Assembly: GCA_047459655.1 (NCBI GenBank)
Contig: JAJREF010000005.1
Location: 32,001-96,000 of the forward strand
Direction of reading: 5' to 3'
Length of the DNA: 64,000 bases
DNA from: Rhabdochlamydiaceae bacterium
Lineage (GTDB): Bacteria; Chlamydiota; Chlamydiia; Chlamydiales; Rhabdochlamydiaceae
This document shows positions 12,111 through 22,559 of this stretch, piece after piece. The position numbers were made by a program, and so were the translations under genes. The stretch's first letter is position 1. Each line of letters begins with the position of its first letter. Below the pieces are notes generated by a model. It did not search any database and was not told the DNA's origin. It worked only from the letters and a program-made list of their open reading frames with translations.

Positions 12111-12134
12111 CGATGTAGCATTTAACAGCTACCT

Positions 12135-12445
12135 CTTGCTTTGCAGACATCCAAGCAGCAAAGTAGAATAGAAAAGTAAAGCCAAGTGAGATGATGATTC
12201 AAGTTGTGATTTGTAAGAGCAAACTACAAAATATACACCATTCTAATCATGCACAGGCATTTAGCAAAAAATTCTTCCAAACTTAGATCTTGTTTGGGAA
12301 GGGAAAACAGCAGATCTTTTCCCCATAATATCTGGAATGAAAAATCCTCCCAAGCCCCACCCCATAGGACAAACCGACTCCCCACAGATCCTTGAGTTGC
12401 TTGCATCCAATCAAATCCAAGCAGAATGAACTGGACAATGCTAAT
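12135..12445 (-). pseudogene. Degenerate partial duplicate of the 3' end of the Wzy/WaaL-like gene (14018..14441)
   Basis: Shared DNA such as GATGATTCAAGTTGTGATTTGTAAGAGCAAAC; peptide QFILLGFDWMQATQGS vs QFILFGFDWMQVTQGS; internal deletion and a Trp-to-stop change. Confidence 0.8.
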
Positions 12446-12685
12446 TATACCCCCTCTTCCCCATAGAAACAGAGAACGCAAACAAGTTAGAAACAATACC
12501 TTCAAGGAAGGTCCTTTCAAGGCCAAAGAGGGGGGTAAAATACAAAATATGACTCCCAGAACCCTATGACATTCTGATTTTATGATCCAGTGACTTTTTT
12601 TGAATTGATGTTAAATTAATATTTTGCTTCATTTTAATTCTTGAGCTTTTTATAATTAGGGGCAAATTTTGATGGAGAATAAAAA

Positions 12686-13399
12686 TTGGATAGCATAAAC
12701 ATAGTTAATTTTCGAAATTTTCGTTTAGATAATGCTATAATTGGGCTTGATGATAATAACAGGCGATTGTTCCTGGCCATCAATAACGAAGCCACCGAAA
12801 CAAAAAATTTCTTTAACGAACAAGATCCTAATGGGTTTTTTCAAATTTTAGATGAGCAGTTTTTTCAAGAAAACAATTATTCAATTAATCAAGCTGGTAT
12901 AGCTATCTTACTTCAATCTCTTGTACAACTAAAGTGTGCAAATCCCTCCACAGAAATTATAAAAAGTTGGATTAGCTCTATTACTTTGCATATTTATAAT
13001 GTTAGCGTTAGATACCCATTAGAGATGAAGCGTCTTGTAGAAATACCTGGCTTCATATACAACCCTTCCCTAACCGAAGAAATAAAGAAAATAAAATACT
13101 TGGTAAAACCTAGATTTTTATCAAGTCGACAAGATTGGTTTATATTTGGAACGCGTTTTTCTCATCATTTAGGTGGAAATTTGGGGAACTTTAAAAACAC
13201 ATCAAAAGGTGCAGGATATTTTTTGTCTGGTATAGCAGTTATTGGTGTAGGAATCGCTCTTTCAGAGCCTACAAAAGAAGATGAAAATCTTACAGATCAA
13301 ATTGAAAAAATTGGCAAATTTTGGCTAACAATAGGTGGTTTACTGTTATCATCTCCTTTTGTAAATGCAGGTTTATGTGCTAGAGAGAATAATCCCTAA
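12686..13399 (+). CDS. Hypothetical AT-rich protein with two C-terminal hydrophobic segments
   Basis: 237-aa ORF preceded by GGAG; no recognised motif. Confidence 0.55.
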   Translation: MDSINIVNFRNFRLDNAIIGLDDNNRRLFLAINNEATETKNFFNEQDPNGFFQILDEQFFQENNYSINQAGIAILLQSLVQLKCANPSTEIIKSWISSITLHIYNVSVRYPLEMKRLVEIPGFIYNPSLTEEIKKIKYLVKPRFLSSRQDWFIFGTRFSHHLGGNLGNFKNTSKGAGYFLSGIAVIGVGIALSEPTKEDENLTDQIEKIGKFWLTIGGLLLSSPFVNAGLCARENNP

Positions 13400-13428
13400 T
13401 TTTGAAAAACAATTAAAAAGAGGTAAAT

Positions 13429-13812
13429 ATGGAATCTTTATTAAAAGCATTCCTTGATTGTACTCGGATTGGAGAAGGCCAGACAAAATACGCGTCAATC
13501 CATAAAAAAGATGATAATTCAGAAAATCGTGTTACAGATTGGATTGCATCTCATCCCATAGATCCTCTCATATATACATATGAAGATACTTTCCTCCGAT
13601 CTTATGTTAAAAAACAAATTAAAGATTTAAGCACTATAAAAGTTGACGCATCTAGTATTCATCTCATTGGGAAATACTTGCAGAGTGCTGCAAAGATAAG
13701 TATGCGATTCAAACAATATACCTCTAAAGAAATTGATCAATTACCTTGGACCCCCGAAAACAAAGCTTATTTAAAAGACAGATTGATATTTGCATGTCCA
13801 ACTTGTCCTTAA
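13429..13812 (+). CDS. Hypothetical protein
   Basis: 127-aa ORF preceded by GAGG; ends in CPTCP. Confidence 0.55.
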   Translation: MESLLKAFLDCTRIGEGQTKYASIHKKDDNSENRVTDWIASHPIDPLIYTYEDTFLRSYVKKQIKDLSTIKVDASSIHLIGKYLQSAAKISMRFKQYTSKEIDQLPWTPENKAYLKDRLIFACPTCP

Positions 13813-13973
13813 ATTTTGGAAGGTGAGTTAAATAGTCAGAACGTCCTCGCAAAGGAAGGAGCTTGAGTGAATGTGAGCAGCCCGGAGGGCTGGAGCTAGA
13901 CTCAGCACACCGAATAGGAAATGGCAAACTACTTTGACATGCCCGCTCCGATGGAGCAAGCTAAGGACCCCGT

Positions 13974-15178
13974 CTAATACCAATCCTCACTTATAAACCT
14001 CAGCGGTTTACAGGTTGCTTGCTTTGCAGAAATCCAAGAAGCAAAGTAAAATAGAAAGATCAGCCACGTCAGGTGATGATTCAAGTTGTGATTTGTAAGA
14101 GCAAACCACAAAACATGCATCATTCCAACCCTGCGGACGCACTTAGCAAAGAGCTCTTCTGGTGTGAGTTCTTCCTTAGGGAAGAAGAGTAGAACTCTCC
14201 TTTTAAAAAAAGCACATGTGAGGGCTCCGATGAGAAGGCATATTCCCACAAGGCCAAGCTCTCCAAGCAGCTGAAAATAGACATTATGTAGATCTGCAAA
14301 GGCGGCAAAACCCTTCCCCCATAATGCCTGGGATGAAAATTCTTCCCAAGTTTGGCTCCATAGAATAACTCGACTTCCCATAGATCCTTGAGTCACTTGC
14401 ATCCAATCAAATCCAAATAGGATGAATTGGATAATGCTAATGTTAAATAGCTTTAAAATGCCTAGCACACTGAGACTGAATAGAGAGGCCCAGAGCAGCA
14501 CCTTCTTTCTAAACCAGAAAATATAGCAAATACTCAAAAAGCAAGCGACATAAGCGCTCCTTGTCGTTGTTAGGAGAAGGGCAATATAGGTTAGCCCTAA
14601 AAAAATAATGGTTGTTGTCCTTGAAAACGGAAGAGCTTTCCACTTTTGAGAAAGCGAAAGAAGAAGAACTGCAGAGACAAAACTTGCCACAATTCCATAT
14701 TCGTTCGGATAAGATCCAATCGAAAAGCGTAGCATGCCATACCCAAACTGCCCCAACACAGAAAACCTTTCGATGGTTTCAAAAGAGATCAACTTCATGT
14801 AAAAACCAAACAAAAATGTATATCCCACAATCAGTGAGATAAAAAAGATTTCAGATAGATGGTGAGCGCTTCCTTTTGACTATTGATATAGGCTGCCGCC
14901 CCTAATACAAAAAGAAACTGAAAAAACAATAAAAAAAATCGATATGTCGCATAAAACGCCTCCTCATCTACAAGCATGCTAGATACAAAACAGTAAAGAA
15001 AAAAAGGTAGCAACAAGAAAAACAGCTTGTGTTGTTTTTGATCTATCCGGTTAAAAAAAAGAGGAAATCCTAAAAGAACAAAATAATAGGTGCGGAATGC
15101 AGGAGGCAACCCTCCCGGTGTTAACAGATTCCCTAGCGGCCCCAAAAAGATAAATAGGTAAATCAGCCATTTTTTCAC
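13974..15178 (-). CDS. O-antigen ligase/polymerase-like (Wzy_C) membrane protein (frameshift near 14830)
   Basis: Multi-TM; PNEYG, LLTTTRSA, GSR...W...WGKG...LHNVYFQLLGELGLVG. Confidence 0.75.
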
Positions 15179-16194
15179 AGATCTTGATCTCTTTGTTGTT
15201 TTTTCAGCTCTTCTACGATCATTTTAACCTTCTGTGATTCTCCTCTTTTTCCAATAAAGAGAATATCGTCTGTTTCTACAATCACCATATCTTCTAGCCC
15301 AACGGTTGAAATCAGTTTTTTGCCTCCAAGGATCAAGCTATTTTTCGTATCGATATCCAATACGTTACCTATTTTCACATTGCAATTTCCATCTTTCTCA
15401 CTAACATCAAAAATGCTATCCCAAGATCCAATATCTGACCACGCAAGATCAAGCACAACAGCTATCCCATTTTTTGTCTTCTCCATCAGCGCATAATCAA
15501 TGGAAATAGGGGGCAGGCTAGGAAATGCGTCCAAGATCTCTTGGTAAGAGAAATAGGCTAACGTAGGGTAATGGAGACGAAGCTCTTGCCAGAAAGTCTC
15601 TATCCTGCACATAAAAATCCCACAGTTCCATAGATATGACCCATCTTGTATAAAGGCCCCGGCTCTTTCCTCAGATGGCTTTTCTACAAAAGCCTCTACC
15701 GCTCCTGTGGTTTGATTGATCTTTATATAGCCGTAACCTGTTTCTGGTTTATTTGGTAAAACACCGAGCATGACAAGTTTTCCTTGCTTAGCAAGACCCT
15801 CTGCAACAGCTACTTTTTCTAAAAACCTTTTTTCATCGGCTATAAAATGATCAGAAGATGCCACAAGCACAATCTCATTCATGCACTCTTTTTTCTCTTC
15901 TAAAAACTTTAAAGCTAAAGCAATCGCTGGCGCTGTATTTTTACGTTCTGGTTCTAGAATAATTTGCGATGTTAAAGAAGGATCGATTTCTCCGATTTGC
16001 TCTTGGATGATCGCTCCATATTTTTGATGGGTGACAGCCCAAATATCTTCCTTAGAAACCAGGCGTAAAAAGCGGCGAAGTGTTTTTTGAAAAAAACTTT
16101 CCCCTCCTAACTTTAGAAACTGTTTTGGGCTAGCCTCTCTGGAAGTGGGCCAAAGACGCGTTCCACTACCTCCCGCAAGAATCAGAACTTTCAC
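15175..16194 (-). CDS. manC: Mannose-1-phosphate guanylyltransferase
   Basis: GTG start, VKVLILAGGSGTRLWPTSR..PKQF, EPERKNTAPA, PETGYGYI, FVEKP, SIDYALMEK, WSDIGSW. Confidence 0.9.
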   Translation of the reverse strand: MKVLILAGGSGTRLWPTSREASPKQFLKLGGESFFQKTLRRFLRLVSKEDIWAVTHQKYGAIIQEQIGEIDPSLTSQIILEPERKNTAPAIALALKFLEEKKECMNEIVLVASSDHFIADEKRFLEKVAVAEGLAKQGKLVMLGVLPNKPETGYGYIKINQTTGAVEAFVEKPSEERAGAFIQDGSYLWNCGIFMCRIETFWQELRLHYPTLAYFSYQEILDAFPSLPPISIDYALMEKTKNGIAVVLDLAWSDIGSWDSIFDVSEKDGNCNVKIGNVLDIDTKNSLILGGKKLISTVGLEDMVIVETDDILFIGKRGESQKVKMIVEELKKQQRDQDL

Positions 16195-17284
16195 AAAAAG
16201 CCTCCCACTTTTTTTCAACAAAGGCTTGAAAATTTTTAGAGAATTGCTCTTCTCCAAACTGCTGTGCGTGCATCTTGATGAAGACGGGGTCAAATTCCAT
16301 CTGTTCAAACCTTTGGATACCACCGATTAGACTATTAAGTGTCTGCTCTTGGAAAAACACGCCTGTCTTTCCGTCGATAACAGTTTCTAAAACACCCCCT
16401 TTTCCGTAAGCAATAACAGGCGTACCCGCGGCCTGGGCTTCTACGGGCGCAATGCCAAAATCTTCTTCTGCCACAAACACAAATCCCTTCGCTCTTCCTA
16501 AAAAATCTCGCACCACGCTATCTTCCTGATATCCCATTAGTTCTATATTTTTTCCTGCTTTTGCTTGGATGTTTTTCCATTCAGGCCCCTCTCCAATCAC
16601 AACTAAGCGCTTATCTGGTAAAAATGAAAAAGCCTGTACAATCAGCTGTATCTTTTTATAGGGAACTAAGTGGGAAACAGTCAGATAAAAATCTTCTTTT
16701 TCTTTGAGCTCCATGAGATGGGTCATGACAGGCGGATAAATCACCTCTGAATCCCTTCCATAAACCCTTTGAATACGCTCCCTAATAAACTGGGAGTTAG
16801 CAATAAAGTGATCAACTTGCCTTGTTGCCCGAACATCCCATCTGCGCAAATACCCGAGGCCTATTTTCGCAGAAATTTTTTTTACACCCTTTAAATTTTG
16901 TAGATATTGATCATAAAGATCCCAAGCGTAACGCATCGGAGAGTGGCAATAACAGATATGTAGTTGATTCTCTCGCTTGCGAATCCCCTTAGCAACCGCA
17001 TGAGAACTAGAAAGGATCAGATTGTAAGCACTTAGATCGATTCTCTCAATTGCCAAAGGAAATAATGGAAAATAATTTCTGTAACTTTTTAAAGCGAAAG
17101 GAAGATGTTGAATGAAAGATGTCCGCACAAGTTCATTCTGCAGCTCCAAGCGCTCCACTATTTTCTTATTCTTTAGCAAAGTGTAAATAGGTGAAGGATA
17201 TAACCGTTCAATGGCTTTTAAAACCCTTTCCCCTCCTCTTAAAGAGACCAACCAGTCATGGATAATCGCTGTTTTTCTTATCAC
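16166..17284 (-). CDS. GT4 glycosyltransferase (probable mannosyltransferase)
   Basis: HDWL..RGGERV, YCHSPMRYAW, EDFGIAPVEAQAAGTPVIA. Confidence 0.9.
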   Translation of the reverse strand: MIRKTAIIHDWLVSLRGGERVLKAIERLYPSPIYTLLKNKKIVERLELQNELVRTSFIQHLPFALKSYRNYFPLFPLAIERIDLSAYNLILSSSHAVAKGIRKRENQLHICYCHSPMRYAWDLYDQYLQNLKGVKKISAKIGLGYLRRWDVRATRQVDHFIANSQFIRERIQRVYGRDSEVIYPPVMTHLMELKEKEDFYLTVSHLVPYKKIQLIVQAFSFLPDKRLVVIGEGPEWKNIQAKAGKNIELMGYQEDSVVRDFLGRAKGFVFVAEEDFGIAPVEAQAAGTPVIAYGKGGVLETVIDGKTGVFFQEQTLNSLIGGIQRFEQMEFDPVFIKMHAQQFGEEQFSKNFQAFVEKKWEAFCESSDSCGR

Positions 17285-17951
17285 TAATTAGTGTTCCTTT
17301 TTCTAAAAGAAGCTCCCTGTGCCAATATTTTCTCATCCACTCTGTATGGTGAGAAACACATAAAATGATTTTACCTGCCTTAGCAACTTCTTGCATCTTG
17401 GTAGAACACTGATCTTGAAAAGATTTATCCCCTATAGAAAGAACTTCATCAAGAATCAAAATATCTGTGTCTAAATGCAGCATTACCGATGCTGCAAGGC
17501 GTATTGCCATACCTGAGGAATACTTTTTTAGGGGATCGTCTAAAAATGGAGAGATGCCAGAAAAATCTACAATCTGATCTAACTTTGCTTCCGTTTCTCT
17601 TTTCTTCATTCCTAAAAGAGCTCCCAAAAAATAAATATTGTCTCTTCCTGACAGTTCAGAGTGTAACCCAACACCAGCTTCTAACAACGCGCCTACCTTT
17701 CCCCCGATCTCAATAGATCCTTTGGTTGGTTCAGTCACCTGCGCGATCAATTTAAGAAGCGTGCTCTTTCCTGATCCATTTTTGCCTATAACTCCTACGA
17801 TCTCTCCTGACTTTACAGAAAAAGAAACATCCTCGAGTGCCCACAAAATCCTCTTTCCTTTTTGTAAGGATAACATCCGATGTAGCCTTTCTTTTAAAGA
17901 CTCTCTCATTGAATATCTTTTTCCTACAGAAACAACCTTGATATATGTCAT
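17256..17951 (-). CDS. wzt: Polysaccharide ABC transporter ATP-binding subunit
   Basis: GKNGSGKSTLLK, YSSGMAIRL, LILDEVLSIGD. Confidence 0.85.
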   Translation of the reverse strand: MTYIKVVSVGKRYSMRESLKERLHRMLSLQKGKRILWALEDVSFSVKSGEIVGVIGKNGSGKSTLLKLIAQVTEPTKGSIEIGGKVGALLEAGVGLHSELSGRDNIYFLGALLGMKKRETEAKLDQIVDFSGISPFLDDPLKKYSSGMAIRLAASVMLHLDTDILILDEVLSIGDKSFQDQCSTKMQEVAKAGKIILCVSHHTEWMRKYWHRELLLEKGTLISDKKNSDYP

Positions 17952-18766
17952 AACCAATCCGCAAAATAGCGCTCGAGCTGAGCAAACACTGACACCCCTA
18001 AAATTCCTATGATAGCTGAGACTGCTCCTGCTATCAAAAAACTGTCCATCGGGAACTGTGGGGTTCCCAAAAAACACCACCTACACGCATCGATAATGCC
18101 TACCATAGGATTGAGCTCATACACGAGACGCCACTTTTCTTGCACTACCTGGGAAGAATAGACAACAGGGGATAAATACATGAATACCTGCAGAAAAAAG
18201 GAAGCAGATAAATGACATCTCGATAATACACAGAAACAGAAGAAAAAAAGCTCCCAGGCCAAGCGTTAGAAAAAAAGAGGCACTATACATAGAGGAAAGA
18301 GGCACATATGCCAGCTAAAGACTCCTCCCAACACCTTCATTAAAATAGCCAAAATCACCACAAGAATAGCGACATCTATCAAAGAAACAACGGCAACGCT
18401 TAATGGGATCAATAGACGAGGAAAATAGATTTTGTTGATGATCAATTTATCATTTTGGATTCCCACACAGGCCCTTTGAATACCTTGAGAGACAAATGTC
18501 CAAGGAATAAGTCCACAGATAGCAAACAAAAAGTAAGGGGTTTTCTCGCTATCCAGATGCAGCCACTTTCCAAAAATAATGGCAAAGAGCCCTCCCATAA
18601 CTAAAGGCTGCAATGCTACCCATGCCATACCCAAAAAAGTTTGCGTGTATCTCAGCTTGATGTCGCGCACAACTAACCGCTTTAAGACCTCGATGTAAGC
18701 AAACATCTCCTGGAAATCAACCCCGCGCCACTTCTGCGTTGCCTTTATGTGTTTAGAGTAAGTCAT
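17948..18766 (-). CDS. wzm: Polysaccharide ABC transporter permease (frameshifts near 18200-18270)
   Basis: RDIKLRYTQTFLGMAW, KIYFPR, MYLSPVVYS, LNPMVGII. Confidence 0.85.
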
Positions 18767-18814
18767 TGGACTTATTACTTTACGTAAGAAAAAGAATCTT
18801 CGCAATAGACCTCT

Positions 18815-18976
18815 TATAGCCGATTAAGTTTTGATTGATAGTTTGGACTGCGCCAAAGACCCAGGCTTGAACGATTGTAAAGGGGTCAATATTAGAAATA
18901 TGGACCCCTTTACAATCATCCAATCGCGGGACTTTCGCGCTGGCCCAAATTATCAATCAAAATTTAATCGGCTATA
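18815..18976. mobile_element. Palindromic MITE-like element, family D (TA-flanked)
   Basis: TATAGCCGATTAAGTTTTGATTGATA ... TATCAATCAAAATTTAATCGGCTATA; inner arms GATTGTAAAGGGGTC / GACCCCTTTACAATC. Confidence 0.8.
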
Positions 18977-19087
18977 TTATAGATTTAGTATTCAGCAATA
19001 AAAAGATGTACTTGTACTCCATGTAATGCTTACAAGTTAAAAAACTTATGTCATTGATTATTAGGTTAATATGCTATTTTATACCAC

Positions 19088-19169
19088 CCCCGAAAACAGC
19101 AATTGCACTTTTCGGGGAAATTAAATATAATATGAATAACCCCTAAATGTGCGTTTGCAACTTTAGGGG
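19088..19169. promoter_or_regulatory. Two related 30-bp palindromes 52 bp apart
   Basis: CCCCGAAAA-N12-TTTTCGGGG (19088-19117) and CCCCTAAA-N14-TTTAGGGG (19140-19169), each followed by AAAT, directly upstream of the ATPase gene. Confidence 0.6.
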
Positions 19170-19171
19170 AA

Positions 19172-20641
19172 ATGCATTATGCAGGTAAGAAGATGTCAAA
19201 ATTTATTGGTCGAAAAAGAGAACTTGAAGCTCTTAGAGGACTTCTACAGAAAAAGAATGCTAGCCTTGTTGTCATTCGTGGACGGCGACGGATTGGGAAA
19301 AGCCGTTTAGCGGAGGAATACGCTTCTTCCTTTAACAAAGCCTATATTTTGTCAGGGATTCCACCCGAGCCCGGAACGACTTCAGAAATACAGAGAGCAG
19401 AGTTTCTGCGCCAGCTGCAAGAGTACCGACTACCGATCTACCGCAGTGATGACTGGGGAAATCTATTTTACGATTTAGCGCAGGAGAGCAAAAAAGGACG
19501 AGTACTTGTCGTTCTCGATGAAATTACCTGGATGGGTTCACACGATCCAACATTTCTTCCCAAATTAAAAACTGCATGGGACCGTTATTTTAAAAAAAAT
19601 CCGCAGTTTGTAATGGTTCTTTCGGGATGTAACTCTGCTTGGATCAGTAAAAATATTCTGAGCAGTACTGGATTTTTTGGTCGTATTTCTCTACGTCTTG
19701 TACTAGAGGAACTCTCGCTTTCTGAATGCAACGCATTCTGGAAAGATCAATCGGGGACCATTTCTGCCTATGAAAAATTTAAGATCTTGTCCGTGACAGG
19801 GGGCATCCCCCGTTATCTGGAAGAGTTGCGGCCCGATCTATCTGCTGAGGCAAATCTTCAGCGTCTTTGCTTTGATTCAGAAGGCTTACTTTTTCGTGAA
19901 TTCGATCAAATTTTTCACGATTTATTTCAAAAACATGGGCCTTTTTATAAGCAAATTGTTGAAAGATTGAGTGATTCTTCTCTGTCCACAGTAGAGCTGG
20001 CTAAAAAGCTAGATAGATCACGCGGCGGCGATTTAAGTAAAGCTCTTGGAGAGCTTATGGAATCAGGATTTTTATCGCGTGATTATACATGGGCTATAGA
20101 AACCGGAAAACGCTCTCAATCTAGTCGATATCGGATCAGAGATAATTATTTGCGATTTTATTTAAAATATATTCTTCCACACAAAGAACAAATCGAAAGC
20201 ACCAAGCTACAACGACTGCCTCAGGGATGGGTATCCATTATGGGATTACAGTTTGAAAATTTAGTTGTGAACAATGGAGCTCTTATATGTAAGATTTTAG
20301 GAGTCTTACCAGAAGATATACTCATTGCTAACGCCTACTTTCAAACAGCGGGTGTCCGCAAGCGAGGCTGCCAAATCGATTATCTCATTCAAACGCGGTT
20401 CCGCTACTTGTATGCATGTGAAGTCAAATTTCGACAGACAGTGATTGGAGTAGAAGTCATTGAAGAGGTAGAAGAAAAGCTCAGTCGTCTAAAACTTCCT
20501 CGTGGGTTTTCGTGTCGCCCTGTGCTTATTCATGTAAATGGAGTATCAGAAGAGCTTGTGGATAGTGGCTATTTCGCAAAAATCATAGACCTTTCTGAGT
20601 TACTCACCTTACACAAAAAGGATGGCTCATGGACTTTTTGA
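19172..20641 (+). CDS. ATPase_2-type AAA ATPase with wHTH and PD-(D/E)XK-like C-terminus (probable start 19193)
   Basis: FIGRKREL, GRRRIGKS, VVLDEI, TGGIPRYL, QIDYL...CEVKF. Confidence 0.85.
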   Translation: MHYAGKKMSKFIGRKRELEALRGLLQKKNASLVVIRGRRRIGKSRLAEEYASSFNKAYILSGIPPEPGTTSEIQRAEFLRQLQEYRLPIYRSDDWGNLFYDLAQESKKGRVLVVLDEITWMGSHDPTFLPKLKTAWDRYFKKNPQFVMVLSGCNSAWISKNILSSTGFFGRISLRLVLEELSLSECNAFWKDQSGTISAYEKFKILSVTGGIPRYLEELRPDLSAEANLQRLCFDSEGLLFREFDQIFHDLFQKHGPFYKQIVERLSDSSLSTVELAKKLDRSRGGDLSKALGELMESGFLSRDYTWAIETGKRSQSSRYRIRDNYLRFYLKYILPHKEQIESTKLQRLPQGWVSIMGLQFENLVVNNGALICKILGVLPEDILIANAYFQTAGVRKRGCQIDYLIQTRFRYLYACEVKFRQTVIGVEVIEEVEEKLSRLKLPRGFSCRPVLIHVNGVSEELVDSGYFAKIIDLSELLTLHKKDGSWTF

Positions 20642-20764
20642 AAGCTGTTGATAAATCGAATTGCAGAAAATGGGTAGTATTGAATAAAACACAACCCATT
20701 TTCTGCAATTTAATTTTCAACGCTTTGAAACAGTCCATGAGCCATCCTTTTTGCGTAAGGTGAG
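20603..20764. mobile_element. Palindromic MITE-like element, family C, with TTA TSD
   Basis: CTCACCTTACACAAAAAGGATGGCTCATGGACT ... AGTCCATGAGCCATCCTTTTTGCGTAAGGTGAG; TTA at 20600-20602 and 20765-20767. Confidence 0.85.
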
Positions 20765-20793
20765 TTACTCTGTACACCATTATAAGGAAATTT

Positions 20794-21960
20794 ATGGGCA
20801 TAAAAAAACTGAAGTTTTGCACTCGTAGTAGAAAAGTTAGATTCCTATTTTTTCTCCACAGTCTTTTACGAACTTTTAGAAAAAAACATACTCCCCTGCC
20901 ACCTGAGAAAGTAAATAGCATCCTGATTTGTAACTGGGCAAACCTGGGAGATGTCCTGCTAGCTACTTCCATCATCCCTGCGTTGAAAGAAAAATGGCCT
21001 CAAGCAAAAATTGGCTTTTTAACATCCCCTACATCTAAAATTGTTTTACAAGATCATCCTCTCATCGACACCGTCCATATAGCTTCTAACTGGAAACAGC
21101 GCGTACTCAATGCCTCTTTTTTTCGTCGTTTCCTAACATTTCTTCATATTTGTATTTCTTCAAACACCCTTTTTATAGAAGAGATCAAAAACCAGTACTA
21201 TGATCTTGCAATAGACACACACCCCTTCTTCCCGAACTGTTCCTATATATTGAGAAAAGCAAGAATCCCCTACTTTCTAGAATTTAGCTCTGCGGGCCTT
21301 CACCTCCCACAAACATGTGCCATAGATTTTCCAAAGAAATTGGAGTATTTGCCCAAGATGTATTGTAGCTTGTTACAAGCCTTAAATATCGCTCCACAAC
21401 CACTCAACCCATGCTTTCATTTTACACACACCTCCCCTTTAAAGGGACAGGAGTACATTGTGCTACACATGGGAACAACAGAAGTGCGAAGAGAATGGTC
21501 TACTGGTCATTGGATTACTCTTGCACGCACATTAGCTCAAGAAGGCAAAACGATTGTCTTTACAGGTCAAGGGAAAAGAGAAGCGAAAGCAATCCAAGAG
21601 GTTACCTCTTTTTTACCCCACTTTATCAACCTATGCGATCAACTCAATTGGAGTGAATTTATCTCTGTCATCAAAGACGCTAAAACACTAATTTCTGTCA
21701 ATACGGTTTCAGTACATCTGGCTGCATATCTTGGAACCCCGTGTATAGCTCTATATTTTGCTACCTACCATCCTGAACTATGGATGCCCGACTATGGCTC
21801 AATCCATTTCTTGATCGAAGAAAACTCCCATGTTTATTTATCCGATGCCTCCTTTTTCAAACAGCGCAAAAATATCACACAGGTTGCTAAGATAACCCCC
21901 CAAGATGTATATCTGAAGTCACTGTCGTACTTATCTGTCAATGGAGGAATATGGGTGTAG
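20794..21960 (+). CDS. GT9 family glycosyltransferase (heptosyltransferase-like)
   Basis: LGDVLLATSIIPALK, HMG...REW, LCDQLN, SVNTVSVHLAAYLGTP. Confidence 0.85.
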   Translation: MGIKKLKFCTRSRKVRFLFFLHSLLRTFRKKHTPLPPEKVNSILICNWANLGDVLLATSIIPALKEKWPQAKIGFLTSPTSKIVLQDHPLIDTVHIASNWKQRVLNASFFRRFLTFLHICISSNTLFIEEIKNQYYDLAIDTHPFFPNCSYILRKARIPYFLEFSSAGLHLPQTCAIDFPKKLEYLPKMYCSLLQALNIAPQPLNPCFHFTHTSPLKGQEYIVLHMGTTEVRREWSTGHWITLARTLAQEGKTIVFTGQGKREAKAIQEVTSFLPHFINLCDQLNWSEFISVIKDAKTLISVNTVSVHLAAYLGTPCIALYFATYHPELWMPDYGSIHFLIEENSHVYLSDASFFKQRKNITQVAKITPQDVYLKSLSYLSVNGGIWV

Positions 21961-22196
21961 AGCGTTTTAGAATTTTTTACCCTCGCTCCAAGTTTTGGTT
22001 AATCTTTTGGCTTTTAGTGTGGCTTCCTATTGGACTTGTATTGCTATTAAAGAATGTCAAGTTAGTCACTCATGATCGAACATTGCGGCTTGCCTACCAT
22101 GGTTCTTATTTCTGGCTTTACTTCTGGTCAGTGGCGTGTTTCCCTGTGATGGTGCTACTGTTTCTATTTAATGGATCATTTGTTAAAAAAATGTAA
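21951..22196 (+). CDS. Small two-TM membrane protein
   Basis: 81 aa with internally repeated FWLIFW / FWLYFW hydrophobic halves; overlaps the GT9 stop. Confidence 0.6.
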   Translation: MGVERFRIFYPRSKFWLIFWLLVWLPIGLVLLLKNVKLVTHDRTLRLAYHGSYFWLYFWSVACFPVMVLLFLFNGSFVKKM

Positions 22197-22252
22197 CCTT
22201 CTAAACAATTGTGATATCGAGACCTTTTAATAATCCTACGACTTCCGGAAAG

Positions 22253-22413
22253 AGACCTCTGCATAACTCTGGTGAAACGAAAAAATCGAAGATTTTTTTG
22301 CAGATTTTTGTTTTTACATCGAAGACATACTCTAGAGAGTAGGCGAGATGTGAAAATAAACATCTGCAGAAAAAGCACGATTTGAGCGATTTACCAGAGT
22401 TATGCAGAGGTCT
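22253..22413. mobile_element. Palindromic element family A (RPE-like), copy 1, with 7-bp TSD CGGAAAG
   Basis: AGACCTCTGCATAACTCTGGT ... ACCAGAGTTATGCAGAGGTCT; CGGAAAG at 22246-22252 and 22414-22420. Confidence 0.9.
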
Positions 22414-22559
22414 CGGAAAGGAAAATTTCGCTTTTACAAGTTTATTTGTTGCCGGATCAATAGCGTAGTGCCTAGCTGTAGAAAAATCTGCTTTGCAGAG
22501 ATCACAGTTGTGGAATGTGGTTCCTGAGAAATCAACCTGGCTAAAATCTGCATTCTTAA

